DNA of 64,000 nucleotides. It comes from Perkinsus chesapeaki ATCC PRA-425 (taxonomy: Eukaryota; Protista; Perkinsozoa). The position numbers and the translations under genes were made by a program. Below are positions 1-12,601 of this stretch, in pieces. The stretch is taken from assembly GCA_013115145.1 (NCBI GenBank), contig JAAPAO010000020.1, positions 1 to 64,000 of the forward strand, given 5' to 3'. Each line of letters starts with the position of its first letter. Position 1 is the stretch's first letter. The notes under the pieces were generated by a model that was not told the origin of the DNA, searched no databases, and saw only the letters and a program-made list of their open reading frames with translations.

Positions 1-73
1 GAGGAGGCGTTTTCAAGCATTCACCGCAGAATGGATCTCTGATGGTGCATTGAGCCTCCACTCACCCTGGTCA

Positions 74-262
74 CTAAATTAGTCTGGGCTTTTACTAATT
101 TGTTCTAGGCAATATTAATTTGTTCTGGGTTTTTACTAATTTGTTCTGGGCTATATTAATTTGGTCTTGGCTTTTACTAATCTGTTCTGGGCTATATTAA
201 TTTGATCTTGGCTTTTACTAATCTGTCCTGGGCTATATTAATTTGATCTTGGCTCTTACTAA
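74..262. repeat. Minisatellite of alternating 21- and 20-bp units (41-bp higher-order repeat), about 9 monomers
   Basis: Units of type ctgggcttttactaatttgtt alternate with ctgggctatattaatttgat; period 41 is not a multiple of 3. Confidence 0.9.
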
Positions 263-1756
263 TTAGATCTTGAAATGGTGTAGTTATGAGGATGTCAAGC
301 AGTCACAGTATTGTCTACATGATTTGGTTGGTAGCTTATCTGAAAATCATGGCCATTGGGTTGGTCGGATTGATCTAAGGAAAGTGTTTCACCCCCATAA
401 GATGAAGAAGCAAAGCCAATATCATGAAGACCAAAGCGTGAATAAGTCGATTATGCTCATCAACTGTAAGTCGCACTTAGCGTGCGAGGGTGGTATGTGA
501 TAGTATTTTATTGATCGATGAATGAACATTATGTTATATCTTGCTATCTTGTATATCCTCTAAACTGTCTGTAACACAAAGCTGTTACGCTAGTTAGTTT
601 GCTATACTACGTAAATAATAAGTGAGAGCCACTACTACTATTTCCTATTCGTTATTATGAGTTTACCATCATCAAGTCCCGAATTGAACAATGGGAGATC
701 TACCGCTGACAGGAGGGTATCATATCGAAGATTGGAGTGACAGGTAGCAAGTTGAAGCTGTCGCTCGGGATTACTGCCTCGGGTACCACAACTCAGGAAA
801 TCCCCTTTTGCGACATTGGGCTCTATTTCACCGACGTTGTATTACGCGCAATATGACGTAACACAGCTTACATTTAAAACACGGTTGAAATCGGTGACCT
901 GCCAATTTCCTCCAGAAAATCGTCCGTCCACAGGATACGAGCCGCTGCCTGGTATAGCTGACACCACTAGCTACCACAACTCCAAGACGTCCTCCCCTCT
1001 TACGGTTAAGCGTCATTTCCATTCGCAGCTCATGTATGGCTGTCTCCTCGGTTGGAGGATTACTCCCCTCTGTGCTGTCCATCAAACACCCTCGATACTT
1101 CTGTACACATTCCATCTATCAGTACCAGTAGCTGCTGCAACAACAGTAATAAATCGACCCCTACTCGGACATCCACAAGTACTGCAGCGCCACAGCCGAT
1201 TGTTGTGTTGAAAATGTCCATGAAAGGCCTGAAAATGGCTACGTTACACGCGGAGAGATCCTTGATGGTGCCACTGGAAATACTCGCGAAATCGAGTTAT
1301 TGCTCCTGATCGGGCATAATAAAGCTCTGACAAACGAATAACCTCGAACTTCGTAAGAAGCTCCAAGTCGTACGTGGTTTCCCGCACAATTTTGCTTTAC
1401 TGATGGATTTCCATTCACAACTCCGCTAAGCAACGACAGCATCACTTACGAGAACTGGCCTCCACTTCGCTCGAGTTGTTCTTCTGATAACACTACGTAG
1501 AGCTGAGGCATGAGAACTGGGTTTATCAGCATCCTGAGCAGCAGCAAGAATGGCTTGTCGACTATGTGATAGAGCGGGCTTTAACAGGGGGTAAGCCGAC
1601 GGCTACTTGCTTTTTCGATTCTCTACTGTATATCTACTTTTATATAACATTCAACGTTCATTTGCATGGCCTACTATGTGATCTTCCTCATGCAATAACA
1701 ATACGGTGGATTCATTCGGATCCATGTTATTAAATGTAACAGCGTCTACTGCTATG

Positions 1757-2807
1757 CTAGTAGTACACAAAATAATCACAGTTTCCGAGGCTGTCCGATG
1801 AAGTAGTTTGAGAGCCCCCGCCCCAATACAGTGGTGCCAGTCTACCGCTTACTTCCCCTTGAAGAACTCTTTATTGAGTCGTCGTGAGCCTCCAACCACC
1901 AAGTTAATCCGCTGTATGTGAACCTTGAGAATATCCAGTATCTCCAGTTGTATATCGGTCTTGGTCTCCTACATAAATAGCCACAAATATAGGCGTAAAT
2001 AAAGCAACGCCTTTGCCTTTAGCAGACTAGAACAACTTGTGGTGGAAATAGCTACCCTCGGGGTGACACTAAATGAAAGATGCACCGAAATCCCTATACG
2101 AATTGCTAGTGTGTGGTACCCCTTGGATCGACTTGTTGAGGATGCGGTTGCACACCGTCGAACCCCTAGGCTAGCACCCATCTGATTGGCTTTGCAATAA
2201 ATAAGTCAAAAATATGTGAACAGTTGGACGTGTAATTCCTCACCTTCCTCAATCGTTTTCCTTCATTAATAGCTTCCATTAAGGATTCCTCTATAGTGTC
2301 AACATACCGTGGATCAGCCATCCTCTCAGATACCACTTCGTTAGCCTATCACCACACCATATAGAGCAACTCTACTTACGCCTTACCAACGCCTTTAGGG
2401 CCAGCTTGCTGCCTTCTGGTAGGAACTCGTTAAAGTACCTAAGCAACAAGCTTGGTGAATAGTCGAAAAAATTGAAGAATGCCAGCAGCCTGTCAGGGAA
2501 TGTAGTACGCAAGATCAGACGGTGAACTTACTGTTTTTGTGGGGAAAACTCCTTGGGACAAAGGCTCTCGATTTGTCTTTTGGCCAGGCCGGAGAAAACC
2601 TTACGTCACAGGTGAAACGGGCGCGGGGCAAATGCTTACAAAATCCTTCAGAGTCTGCTCTGGCACTTCCCCCTCGGCTGCCCACTTCTCCACCAGAGGC
2701 GCTGTCCCCTCGGCCGCAACGTGCCGAGCAATCCCTCGAGACCAATGGAGAGCCACAGGCGCCAGGAGCGGCCCAGAGATTAACTGCCCGCCAGCACGTG
2801 AGAGCAT
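1757..2807 (-). CDS. Multi-exon hypothetical protein, possible mitochondrial presequence (3' end approximate)
   Basis: Exons MLSRAGGQL...QTLKDF | VFSGLAKRQ... | ...RYFNEFLPEGSKLALKAL | ANEVVSERMADPRY...RLRK | ... | ETKTDIQLEILDILK..., mostly joined in frame by short GT-AG introns; no family recognised. Confidence 0.5.
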
Positions 2808-3045
2808 GGGAAGACAATACTGATTGAGACGGGTTTTCGGGTTTTTGAAAACCCGAATAAAGAGGACAGAGCCACCAAGAGACTCTCAAGAGGGTAGGCA
2901 TGTGCTGTCTCTGTGTAGCAGGAACGATAACGCAACAGCTTCCTGGGTAAATCATAAACGCTGTTCGATTTCTCTCCTTGGACGTCACGGCCCATTCTCG
3001 GCGGCCATGCAGCTGAAGCAGCCCATAACAGTGACGCCTCAGTAT

Positions 3046-4977
3046 TCAGGAAGGACCCTCGAAGACGCCAACCAACTCAACCCACGGTGTGGCGAGTAAT
3101 CCGGCTCTGGCTAGAGTCCTGCTCCAGGCTACCTTCACTTCACCAAGTGTGTTGCCTTCCCCTTGCCATGGAATAACGCATCGACCGGTTGTTGGAAATG
3201 CAGCCGGAACGTATACTAAAACTAGTCCAGTTGCCTCCGCTGGGATTCGAACCTGCATCCTTCCGAATACAATACTATCTTCCTCCCGAATTGAGCCAAC
3301 ATCCATGGTCAACTCTCCGCTTTGAAAGTCAATGTTGAATATAGGGAAAGTGTCAGAGCTTTCCTCGAGGTCCTCCAACGGAAAGTCCAACAGTCTGTCC
3401 GCTCGAAGTATCTCCCCTCTTCTCGCTTCCTCCCGGATTCCCTCCGGCACGCTTTCCTCTACAATCGCCGACGCCCGCCTCACCAAACTACTCCTCGTGA
3501 AGTATCCCTGACATCTTACAATTGCTGCTGGCCACAGCTCGCTTCCCAGAGCCGATACGAACTTCAAGGCATCACCGTTAATTGAGCCCCACGGTGTAGT
3601 GAGCTGGCAGACAATGCCAGCTACGTCACCACGCTGTCGGAAGCCATTGCGGCCAAGCTCATCGGCCAACTCGAGCCCGGAATTCGCTTCGACCATCCGG
3701 CCGCGTTTAGCAAAATCAAGCGGTGAGATTCTAAAGTGCTCCAGCTGGTCTCTGAGGATGGACCACAGGCCATCGCCTTCCTCCGGCATCCATGATAGAA
3801 ACGTTCCAACATACCCTCCTGCCAACAAACAAGGTACAACAGAGTGGCCTAGTCCAGTCAAGTCTATCACACAACCTTCATGCGGAAGGTCCCCGGTTCC
3901 AACCCCGGCAAGACCATCTCTTCTCACACTGCTGGCCACCATCATGTCAACCTCCGATGCCGTGGTCACACCCTCTACGTAAGATCCATCTACCAAAACT
4001 GACAGCAACGAATCTTCACACGACACATCAACGACTATCCTTTCACCGCTCTCAACCTTCCCCGGCCGGCACGGATACACCGCATAGTCCCAATCACACT
4101 GGCCAACACTGGTGATACTAACATCAACATAAAGATCAGCCTCCCACCAAACCAGCACGCATGCGCACGTTCCGCCTTCCTTTACTGTCACTTCCTTACG
4201 GCCAAGACCCTCAATTCTACCCGTCATAAAATCAGCTCGACATACCTCGAAGTCATCTGTTAGTTTCCTATACTTGAACCCTTGGTGAATGCTAGCGTAT
4301 CCTCCCTCCAGAGCGACGCCCTCTGTGAAATAATATCCCCTTTCCGAGATCAATTCAGATTCTATAATCGCCCCATAAACTCGACCGCTACGAGGAATCA
4401 CCACCGCATTCTCCGCCAGCTGCCCTCGATTACGTAAGTCCCTGACAACCTCCATGAACCTCTCCCCGAGGAGGGCACAGTCCATAAGTTCGGCAACCAC
4501 CATGTCGGCCGGCCGAGCCAAAGCCAACTCAGACGAGTCGCTTTGGATCACATTTACTCGAGGACCGCACGCCCGTCTGGCTACTGAGCAAAGCGCCCAG
4601 CTGCAATCACACGCTGTTATTCTCACCCTCGCAGGAGCTGCCTCTGCGATGTAACAACTCAGTATACCAGTGCCGCAACCAATATCGATCACGTGATCGA
4701 TTTTATCTCCTCGATCTCTCATCGCCTTTACGATGGCTGCCCGGTACGCTCGATTTCTACCGCCATCGTTGAGCATGCGGATATGCCACTCATCCACACT
4801 ACTCCGTCGCAGCCGATCTCTAACCTGCGCCAACAAAACCCGCACAGGTTCGATTCGCGCCTCCGGCATTTTCTCCAATGAAAGAAGCCTCTTCCACCCT
4901 TCAGAATAGCTCTGCTCACCATCAAGTCGAAGGATGCTCTCCAGCTGCCTAGCCACCGCTGGAGGGATCGACATCAT
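3046..4977 (-). CDS. Protein arginine N-methyltransferase, PRMT7/PRMT9-like double-domain type, intronless
   Basis: 643-aa ORF with WHIRMLNDGGRNRAY, motif I VIDIGCGTGILS, double-E loop VAELMDCALLGE, and a degenerate second module. Confidence 0.88.
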   Translation of the reverse strand: MMSIPPAVARQLESILRLDGEQSYSEGWKRLLSLEKMPEARIEPVRVLLAQVRDRLRRSSVDEWHIRMLNDGGRNRAYRAAIVKAMRDRGDKIDHVIDIGCGTGILSCYIAEAAPARVRITACDCSWALCSVARRACGPRVNVIQSDSSELALARPADMVVAELMDCALLGERFMEVVRDLRNRGQLAENAVVIPRSGRVYGAIIESELISERGYYFTEGVALEGGYASIHQGFKYRKLTDDFEVCRADFMTGRIEGLGRKEVTVKEGGTCACVLVWWEADLYVDVSITSVGQCDWDYAVYPCRPGKVESGERIVVDVSCEDSLLSVLVDGSYVEGVTTASEVDMMVASSVRRDGLAGVGTGDLPHEGCVIDLTGLGHSVVPCLLAGGYVGTFLSWMPEEGDGLWSILRDQLEHFRISPLDFAKRGRMVEANSGLELADELGRNGFRQRGDVAGIVCQLTTPWGSINGDALKFVSALGSELWPAAIVRCQGYFTRSSLVRRASAIVEESVPEGIREEARRGEILRADRLLDFPLEDLEESSDTFPIFNIDFQSGELTMDVGSIREEDSIVFGRMQVRIPAEATGLVLVYVPAAFPTTGRCVIPWQGEGNTLGEVKVAWSRTLARAGLLATPWVELVGVFEGPS

Positions 4978-5086
4978 ACCACACTTTCCTGAGATACGCT
5001 ACCCACTACACCCATTCATTTAACTCAATCTCCTTGACACACCGAAGCTTAAATATCCGAGGCAGACGGCGACAGACTGGCCCGTA

Positions 5087-5945
5087 CTATCCAGTATGAT
5101 CAAAATGCGCCGCAGCTGCTGCCGGGGCCTCGGGCGGCAGGAGCCGATGCTGCTGCTGCTGTTGCCGTTGCTGTCCCAATTCTATCATTTGATTGTGTAC
5201 ATCAAAGTAAGAAGCATGTGCCTCGAGACACAGTCGAGCATCCTTCAGAGACTCAGCGGTCGATGCCAACAACACTATAAACCGATCATCATAACCGTAG
5301 TCGCAATATTTGATGGAATCCTGTAAAATACCAAGAAATACCGAGCCCAGGAATCGAACCCACGCCCTCCTATTAGTACCAGTCTAGCTGTCTTGGCAAC
5401 CTCTTCCAACCACCGACCATCTGGGCCTGTTATGTATCGGTCAAAGACTCTGGACACTGGTGATGTTGCTGATGATGACGATGCTGCCGATGGGACTGCT
5501 CGCTCATACAACCGATCTATAGGAATACGCAACTTCTTCAGCTCAGTTGCTGCCAAATATCCCTGAAAAGATAACCCTCAAAAGTCCACCACAAAAATAT
5601 ATGCATTCCCATGGACAATACAACACATTCCTGAGCCCTCTTTACTAGACGACAACCCAGCAGTCGTATTAGTAGACTTTCACTTCCCCCCTTCTACGTT
5701 CAAGTTACTCCTATTCGCCCCCCCTACTCTATTACCTCGAAGACAGTTCTCTCTTTGGAACTGCTTATCTTCCATCCCTTAATAACTGCCTTTTCAAGCT
5801 TCTTCTCCTTCCTCCCTTTAGACCGTGAACTTGCCAATACCCAATCGCTCGAGCATCCAGAATCCATGTCTATCGAAGTGACCGATGCTGCTGACACCCT
5901 CCCTATTCTGGCCGATGATGACCCCTTGTGGTCTCGACCAAACAT
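5087..5945 (-). CDS. Multi-exon hypothetical protein with a KH-like GxxG segment
   Basis: Exons MFGRDHKG..., ...FDRYITGPDGRWLEEVAKTARL | intron 5321-5379 | DSIKYCDYGYDDRF...HFDHTG*; the splice restores the frame. Confidence 0.5.
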
Positions 5946-6260
5946 TACGCAAAAAATCTTGACCCACAATCATCATGACAAACCACGCAACACAGTACCC
6001 ACACCAGTCGCTACCTTAACTGTGACAGGAAGTCCAGGGAGCTGCCACACTAGACCGCTGCCCGCCACGTCACTACTAGAGCAAGTATCAACCTATTTTG
6101 GTCCGATGAGAATTAGAACTTCCAATGAGAATATTCAACAGGCGGTGACCCGGTGGATCCGTAATAATCACATTCCCATTGATTCCCACTATAAAACAAT
6201 GCATAATATAGAGAAAGAGTATCATATACCAGAGACTACGATAGCCAACCATAAACTAAC

Positions 6261-9200
6261 TCAATCCTCTCCTTCATAGACTCCTGGATGCTCCTGGAAA
6301 TAATACCATACTTCCCCCAACTCCTACCCACACCTACCGGTCGGTCCTCGTCCTCCCCCACATCTATAGGCTCGGCTGTCTGCTGCTGCTGCTGTTGTTG
6401 CTGTTCTACATCTACTACCTGTGGCTGTTCATCATCCTCAGGTATCTACTCTATCACATGCCAACCTCCCCCTACCCCTCTCACCATACCTCCGCCCCAA
6501 TAACAGCTCCTGCCTCTGGTGGCAATGGTTGTGTCGGCTCTGTCACCTTCGCTGCTGCATCCGCTGTCTCATTTGCTAGATAGGAGCTGACAAGGAATCC
6601 ACGTCTTCAGAGTATGTGCGTGGAAACAACGACAATCACCAAGTTGGGAACTTCTTTCATGCGTAATGAACGTGAACGAACGAAACTAGTGTGTCCTTCC
6701 GGATATTATATAACAGTAGGCTACTACACTACAGTATTATACTACACTNNNNNNNNNNNNNNNNNNNNNNNNNNNNNNNNNNNNNNNNNNNNNNNNNNNN
6801 NNNNNNNNNNNNNNNNNNNNNNNNNNNNNNNNNNNNNNNNNNNNCACTATATTATATAACAGTAGGCTACTACACTACAGTATTATACTACACTATATTA
6901 TATAACAGTAGGCTACTACACTACAGTATTATACTACACTATATTATATAACAGTAGGCTACTACACTACAGTATTATACTATACCTCCTTGTTCATTCC
7001 CATATTACCATTTAAACGGATATTTGCTAGATTGTTTAACAAATTCCTCAGCACCCCATCGACTCTCAAACCGCACTATACAGCTCTCTTCCCTCCATAT
7101 AAAATCACGTACACCTTTAACATCCAGCACCTATATCAAACCGTGTGCATGCGTGCAAAAAGATTCTCAGAGCTCACTCTGAAGTACTCCATAACAACAG
7201 GCACTGAATCAAAGTCCGAGTCCATCTCCTCCAACAGTATTGCCCTGGGACGGTTGTCTAGAGTCATCCGATCTTGGGACTGACAAAGTGATGCGTTGAG
7301 GAAATACAAGATTTGCAAGATTTCTCAGTGCCTACTTCCTTGGATTGGTTCTTTTGCAGTGCCTGCATTCCGGCGTACCGCGCTCGAATTGCCGCGTCCC
7401 GCGCCTGTTAGAAATAGTAAATAACCCAGCCGAGATTCGAACCCACAACCACGAGCCCTATACCACCTTAGCCTTCTCAGCCTTCTCTTTCTGCATATCC
7501 TCCGACAGGGAGTGCATCTGCTCCTTAACCTTCTCTAAACATTAAGACAATTGAAGTGCCCCACCCCGGAATTGAACCCACGACCTCCCAACCCACCTAG
7601 CAATTTCTTGTACTTCTCTTTCTGTGCTTCCGACGTCCTAAAGCATCAAGCTCAAGCCTATGGTAATCCCCTTATTACTTGTCATCCGTTAGTTTAGCCA
7701 AGAGCTGCTTTACTGTCTCAGACATCCTAGACAACACCGCAACCCGCTGCATCTCTTGAGCGTGCTTAGCCTCCCGTGCCTGATAAAATATGAAACGGTT
7801 GATCGATTTAACGTCACACGATCACTTCCTTCGGCATATCAACATTGCCGGGACTAATTTATTCCACCACTTGTATCGTTCCAAAAATACAGCACATACA
7901 ATCCAATAAGGACGTCTTTTTTTTTGTGTCGAGAACTGTCCCCTCTCCCTCCTACCGCTCTCTGTTGCTGATGTTCTGCGTTCTCCAATACCAGATTCCC
8001 GGTATGACGCGGCTGTTGCTGTCGGAATCCTATCACAGCTGCTAAATCCTATCATTGCTCCTCATTACCCTTTCCACCAGGGCCTCCTCCTCCTCCTTTA
8101 CCGCCCCCAACTCTACCACTGCTCGGGGAAGGACCTGAAGACCATAAGCTGTGCTTCAGTAGCATACGACAAGATACTCCACTCTGCAGTGATATTTATA
8201 AATATATCTATTGACAAGAAACTACTAAATGAAGTTTATACTCATTATTATACCGACAACTCGAAATTTAACTCCGACAAAAACAATACCAAATCTCCTC
8301 CAAGTCCAATGTGAGTTCACCTCAATTCCCAAATATCGAAATTTACTATTCAAATCGCCTCTCAAGCTCCGTACAAACAATGGGGACTTCTCAAATGCCA
8401 ACACTCGCGAACAACCATTGTACTATAATATCCAAAATGAGCCCTCCAAAGTCGAGAGCTCCATGCGACTTTTCATAGAGCCCGACATAACCCAATACTG
8501 AGCTCTATGTTATATATCACACCGACCCAGTATTACTACTACCTCCTCCGATCTGAGGCACCGTCGCTGACGTTGGTGGACTAGGTGGCAAATTAGTGAC
8601 TTGCCATTTCACCTGACGCAGGTTCGATCCCCGGCAAGTCTGTTTCTGCTACCTGTATCTCCGGATGACCAAGAACAGGTTCCGCCATCATTGCTATTGC
8701 TGATTGCCGATTACTGAGGTGACATACAACTCAGACATTTCAAGGGAAGCAATTCAACCGAGGGTTTGATCAACAGTACTGAAGTATCTTATATCCCAGC
8801 CACACCGAAGACGCTATAAGGGGTACAATCAATCTCAAATTACATGACTCAAGATGAAGGAAGCTCGTAACTACACAAAGGCCTCTCCTCAGTAAGTCTG
8901 ATCGCGAAATCTGCTCCGTTTCACAGAGAAGGACAAATCCATTATCCACCACTGCTAACAATAGCCTTTGCTGCAGTCCCGCAACAGTCCCCCTCCCTTT
9001 ACTACGTAAACTCCACTGTAGCATTGCCTTCCTCCAGCTTGCAGTGGACGCCGCTAACCTCCCTAAACACAGCCACTTACCCTTCGATGACCGCCGCCGA
9101 CGATGGACCTTATATTACCCGTATTTCTGGCAATGTTGAAACAAAGCTGGCAACGATACATCTGACGGAATATTGCTAAGTATCTAATCACCATCATCAG

Positions 9201-10894
9201 TCCCACAGTCACTGCGCCACAAAATTACCAATGTACTAGGTGGAGGAGCTCTAGGTGGTGGCGGTGGGGGCTGCTGCTGTTGGACGTAACCTCCCGCACC
9301 TGACGAGACTCGGAATAACATTGACATTGACAATGAGTTAAATAGGACACCCAAAAGCAAGCAGAATGACACTATACTTGGCACGGGCGCGAAGAACACT
9401 TTAATTTTCGAAAGACCGGCTTCTGATACAAATCTAAGGCATTTTTAGAATCAGATTTGAAGTGGCTCAGCGTAATGAGCGGAGATAATGACGATAATAC
9501 AAACTGTCAGAGACTGACAGAGAAGCTTAATGGAAAAAGACATTATAAGAAAAGCACCAGCTAAAGACTTTTGGTAGCACCCATTAAATGAATCTTCGGG
9601 AAGTAACCGTTGGGGTGAAATTATACAATACCAAGGTAAGAGTTGGTAAACGTGATAGTAAAGACATTCCAGATGTGACATACATTAACCACAATTCTAT
9701 GACGTAGTAGTACTAAGCCAACTGAATATCACAAGATTGCCATATTACCAGGAGCTGGCGGCGGGAACTGCGGTGGCAATGGTGCATTCATCTGCCGAGG
9801 TTGAAATCTGATTCAATGGCATCAAAAGATACGCCGCCTGCCACGTACAACGGGTTCACAGCAGGTTGTCCCCACGGTTGCTGTTGAGCGGCTTGTCCTG
9901 CGTATCTGTAGTTCACGCTTCAACTTAAGATACTCTGCTATCCCTACTGTGCGCTTCCCCAAGTAGTGTTAGCGGTGGCCGTAGGGGACTGTCCGCCAAA
10001 CGCAGCGGTTAGCTCATCATCGTCATCTCCGTACCTGTCATTTCCATCATGCATGCATCAAGCTAAGATTCTCCTACCCAAACTGCGCTGCCATATCATC
10101 ATCATTGCCGACGTCCTGTTTAGGTGGCGGAGGTTTGGCCGGATGGAAGCGCTGCCACCATGGAGTGTTGTCTTCTGCTGCTTTGTCTGCCGAGTTACCT
10201 GACCCAGCAGAATCAGCAGCACAGTGCAATCTCCGACACCGCTAACCATAAACGACGCCAAGAGCAAATAATATAAAAGATTCTCAAACGGATTTGAATC
10301 TCTATAAGATCGTAAAAGAGAGATATTAAGTCCTTTATTGTCCTACGTTCTTTTCCTTCCCCTTCATCAGCGCCTCCTCCTCCACCACCGATAGGGGAAT
10401 CTTCTCCATACCCCAGAGGGTCCTCGTCGTCACTTACTCCACTATTACCCATTTGATTGTATGGGAATGGCAGTTCGCCATCTGACCTGATCTCATACCG
10501 ACTTTTCCACAATCTTCCCAGGAATGCTGACTACCCATCGTCCATCGCCTCGGTTGTTGGGACCTCGTCCTCTCGAGGAGCCGGTGGCTCCGGTGGGGAC
10601 GACTTGTCATGGGATCGTGACCGAGATCTGCTGGCCATTCGACCCCTGTGTCCTCCCCCACCTGGATAAGATTATATTAACGCGCTAGCCTGGATTCGAT
10701 CCCGATGCCTTTCGATATGTAAAATGCCCCTCTACCGCTCCGCTATTACCATCCCTGCGTGACCGCTCTTCTCTGCGATAATCGTCTCGATAATACGATT
10801 CTCTATCACCGCCGCCGCCGCCTCGACCTCTCCTACTCCCTCTCGGTGATGGACTTCTATAATGACGGTCTCTTCTTGAGGACCCTCGAGGCAT
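6261..10894 (-). CDS. RBM26: RBM26/RBM27-like RNA-binding protein (RS/Pro-rich N-terminus, RRM, coiled coil, second RRM); 5' end uncertain
   Basis: Spliced exons give SNIPSDVSLPALFQHCQKYG (RRM1), VKQLLAKLTDDK..QKEKYKKLLEKVKEQM (coiled coil), TLDNRPRAILLEEM and CIVRFESRWGAEEFVK (RRM2), the same order as RBM26/27. Confidence 0.65.
6703..6982. repeat. 46-bp tandem repeat spanning the assembly gap, intronic
   Basis: Identical cactatattatataacagtaggctactacactacagtattatacta copies start at 6845, 6891 and 6937, plus one copy left of the gap. Confidence 0.95.
6749..6844. other. Assembly gap (96 N)
   Basis: Run of N. Confidence 1.
8569..8641 (+). pseudogene. Degenerate tRNA-Gly(GCC)-like sequence
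   Basis: A-box-like TGGACTAGGTGG, anticodon region CTTGCCA in a GTGA/TCAC stem, B box GGTTCGATCCC; T-stem and acceptor stem are mispaired. Confidence 0.4.
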
Positions 10895-12601
10895 TACCAA
10901 GGAGCCGAAACAACAACAACAGCAAGCAAATAAGATTGCCCACATCACAACAGAAATCTCGCGAATGGCAAGGAAACGTTGTTACCACCTAATCTGGCCG
11001 CGCGCTTTATTCCCCCTCCGTTTGGATTCTTCCATCTGTGATTTAACCTGGGCGAGGGTCTCCTCCGTCCAGTCCTGACGTCCTTTCTGCCCCGCAGGAA
11101 CCACCAAATGTCTCGAAGAACGCCCTTTAGCCAACTTGCGCTTCTCTCGTTGCTTCACAATAGCTAAGATATAACAAATCATGCACGCATCAACCCAGGA
11201 TACGGCATTACAAGGGCGCGTCTTCGAAGCGAATTGCTCAGTAAGTCTTGTGAACCTGAGACGAAAAACTCATCTAGAAGTTTGTCACTGAGAGCATTAA
11301 CGTCTCATAGACCGTTTGCCTGCGCGGACCAAAGCAACATGTGCCATCATAGACGTCATTATTTCCCTAACATTGAATTTATTCGTTGAAAGGTTGAACC
11401 ATTAAAACCATTCAAACGACTACGGCTGAGTATACAATCTCGCGTTAGTTCAACAAACCACCAATAAGTGCCTAGTTATTCTATACAAGCGTAATGGCGT
11501 CCTGCAATCGGTACAACAATTCAGTACAGGTAGCGTCTTGAGTTATCTAGTACCACATTTCATACCGCTCTCTCCTCCAAAGTTCCGAGGGACTAAAGCC
11601 AATTACATGTAAGCCTTCTCAGCTTTATGCTTCCTTTCTACCCGCCGCTTCTCAAGCTCACTAGGCGTCAGCTTCGCACTCGATTTTTCTGATAAAGATG
11701 AACCGTATGACCGCGCGCCATTAAATTCTCAGACTATACCGACTTTTCTGTACAGTATTTGTCTGAGCCGCCTCCTGTTGTCGTTCCTCCTCTACTGCCC
11801 GCCGGTAATCATTTGATAAGGATGATGACGCACCAGTCATAACTCAATTTACTAATGCAACACACACCTCGTGGGAATACCAACTTGCGATCTTATTATC
11901 ACTTGGACTTCCTCAATGCATCTCACGATCAGACCAACCGCGCAACAGCCAGTACGGTGGTCTGAATTAGTTAAACTGAACTAATTTAGTTTTGAAAACT
12001 ACTGTGGAATTGAATGTGAATCTTGCAATTAGATGATCGCTGCTCTTCTATCTCGCCACGGTAGCACTCCTATCAACCTCCTAGGAATCTTTCGTCCGGC
12101 CCATGGGGAAAAGTACCGTCAACGGAACTCGCAAAATTCACACCGTAAAGATGCTGATTATCTGATCATATCCATCAAGTGCTAGTCTACGTAAAGTGCA
12201 TCTGCTCACTACAACGTGGAAATTCGGCCTTCCTTGCGGTGAAACGGGCGCGAAATCTGAAGACAACTCGAGATACTTGGGAAACTGCAGTGAGATCGAA
12301 ACTTGTCTTATCGAACGATCAATGCATGTCACAAAGGAAGGTTAGCTACAAAGTACTATAAGGACCGCTTTGACGAATCCAATGCCGGGACAGAATTCGA
12401 AGATCAGGCGCTGCTAATAACGTTGGGAGACTGGACACCTCGAGCAAGGGGAATCAAAGCCGAATGAACCCGGGAGTGCAGGACCATTCCGGCCAACCCG
12501 GAAATGGGGTTCTTTCCCTCATAGATTTCTATCGCTGTATTGAATCACTAAAGTTCGAACCGAGGGTTCGATATGACCGTGTATTTGCCAGCTAATATCC
12601 A

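Noticed and set aside
657-1600. Plus-strand coding-like fragments (e.g. ELRHENWVYQHPEQQQEWLVDYVIERALTG)
   Set aside because: Multiple stops and no consistent splice model; cannot support a gene call
2100-2180. Integrase-like HPQ peptide suggesting an LTR retrotransposon
   Set aside because: Region fits spliced exons of a cellular gene; no RT, RNase H or LTR nearby
3243-3253. B-box-like GGTTCGAATCC on the minus strand
   Set aside because: Lies inside the PRMT CDS (QVRIP codons) with no A box or cloverleaf
5755-6279. 174-aa plus-strand ORF
   Set aside because: Antisense shadow of minus-strand exons and intergenic DNA; no motifs
6703-6982. 46-bp repeat as a CRISPR array
   Set aside because: Copies are head-to-tail with no unique spacers; eukaryotic context with no cas genes
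12555-12571. TCGAACC-gag-GGTTCGA hairpin containing a B-box core
   Set aside because: Only a 7-bp stem with no A box; plausible by chance
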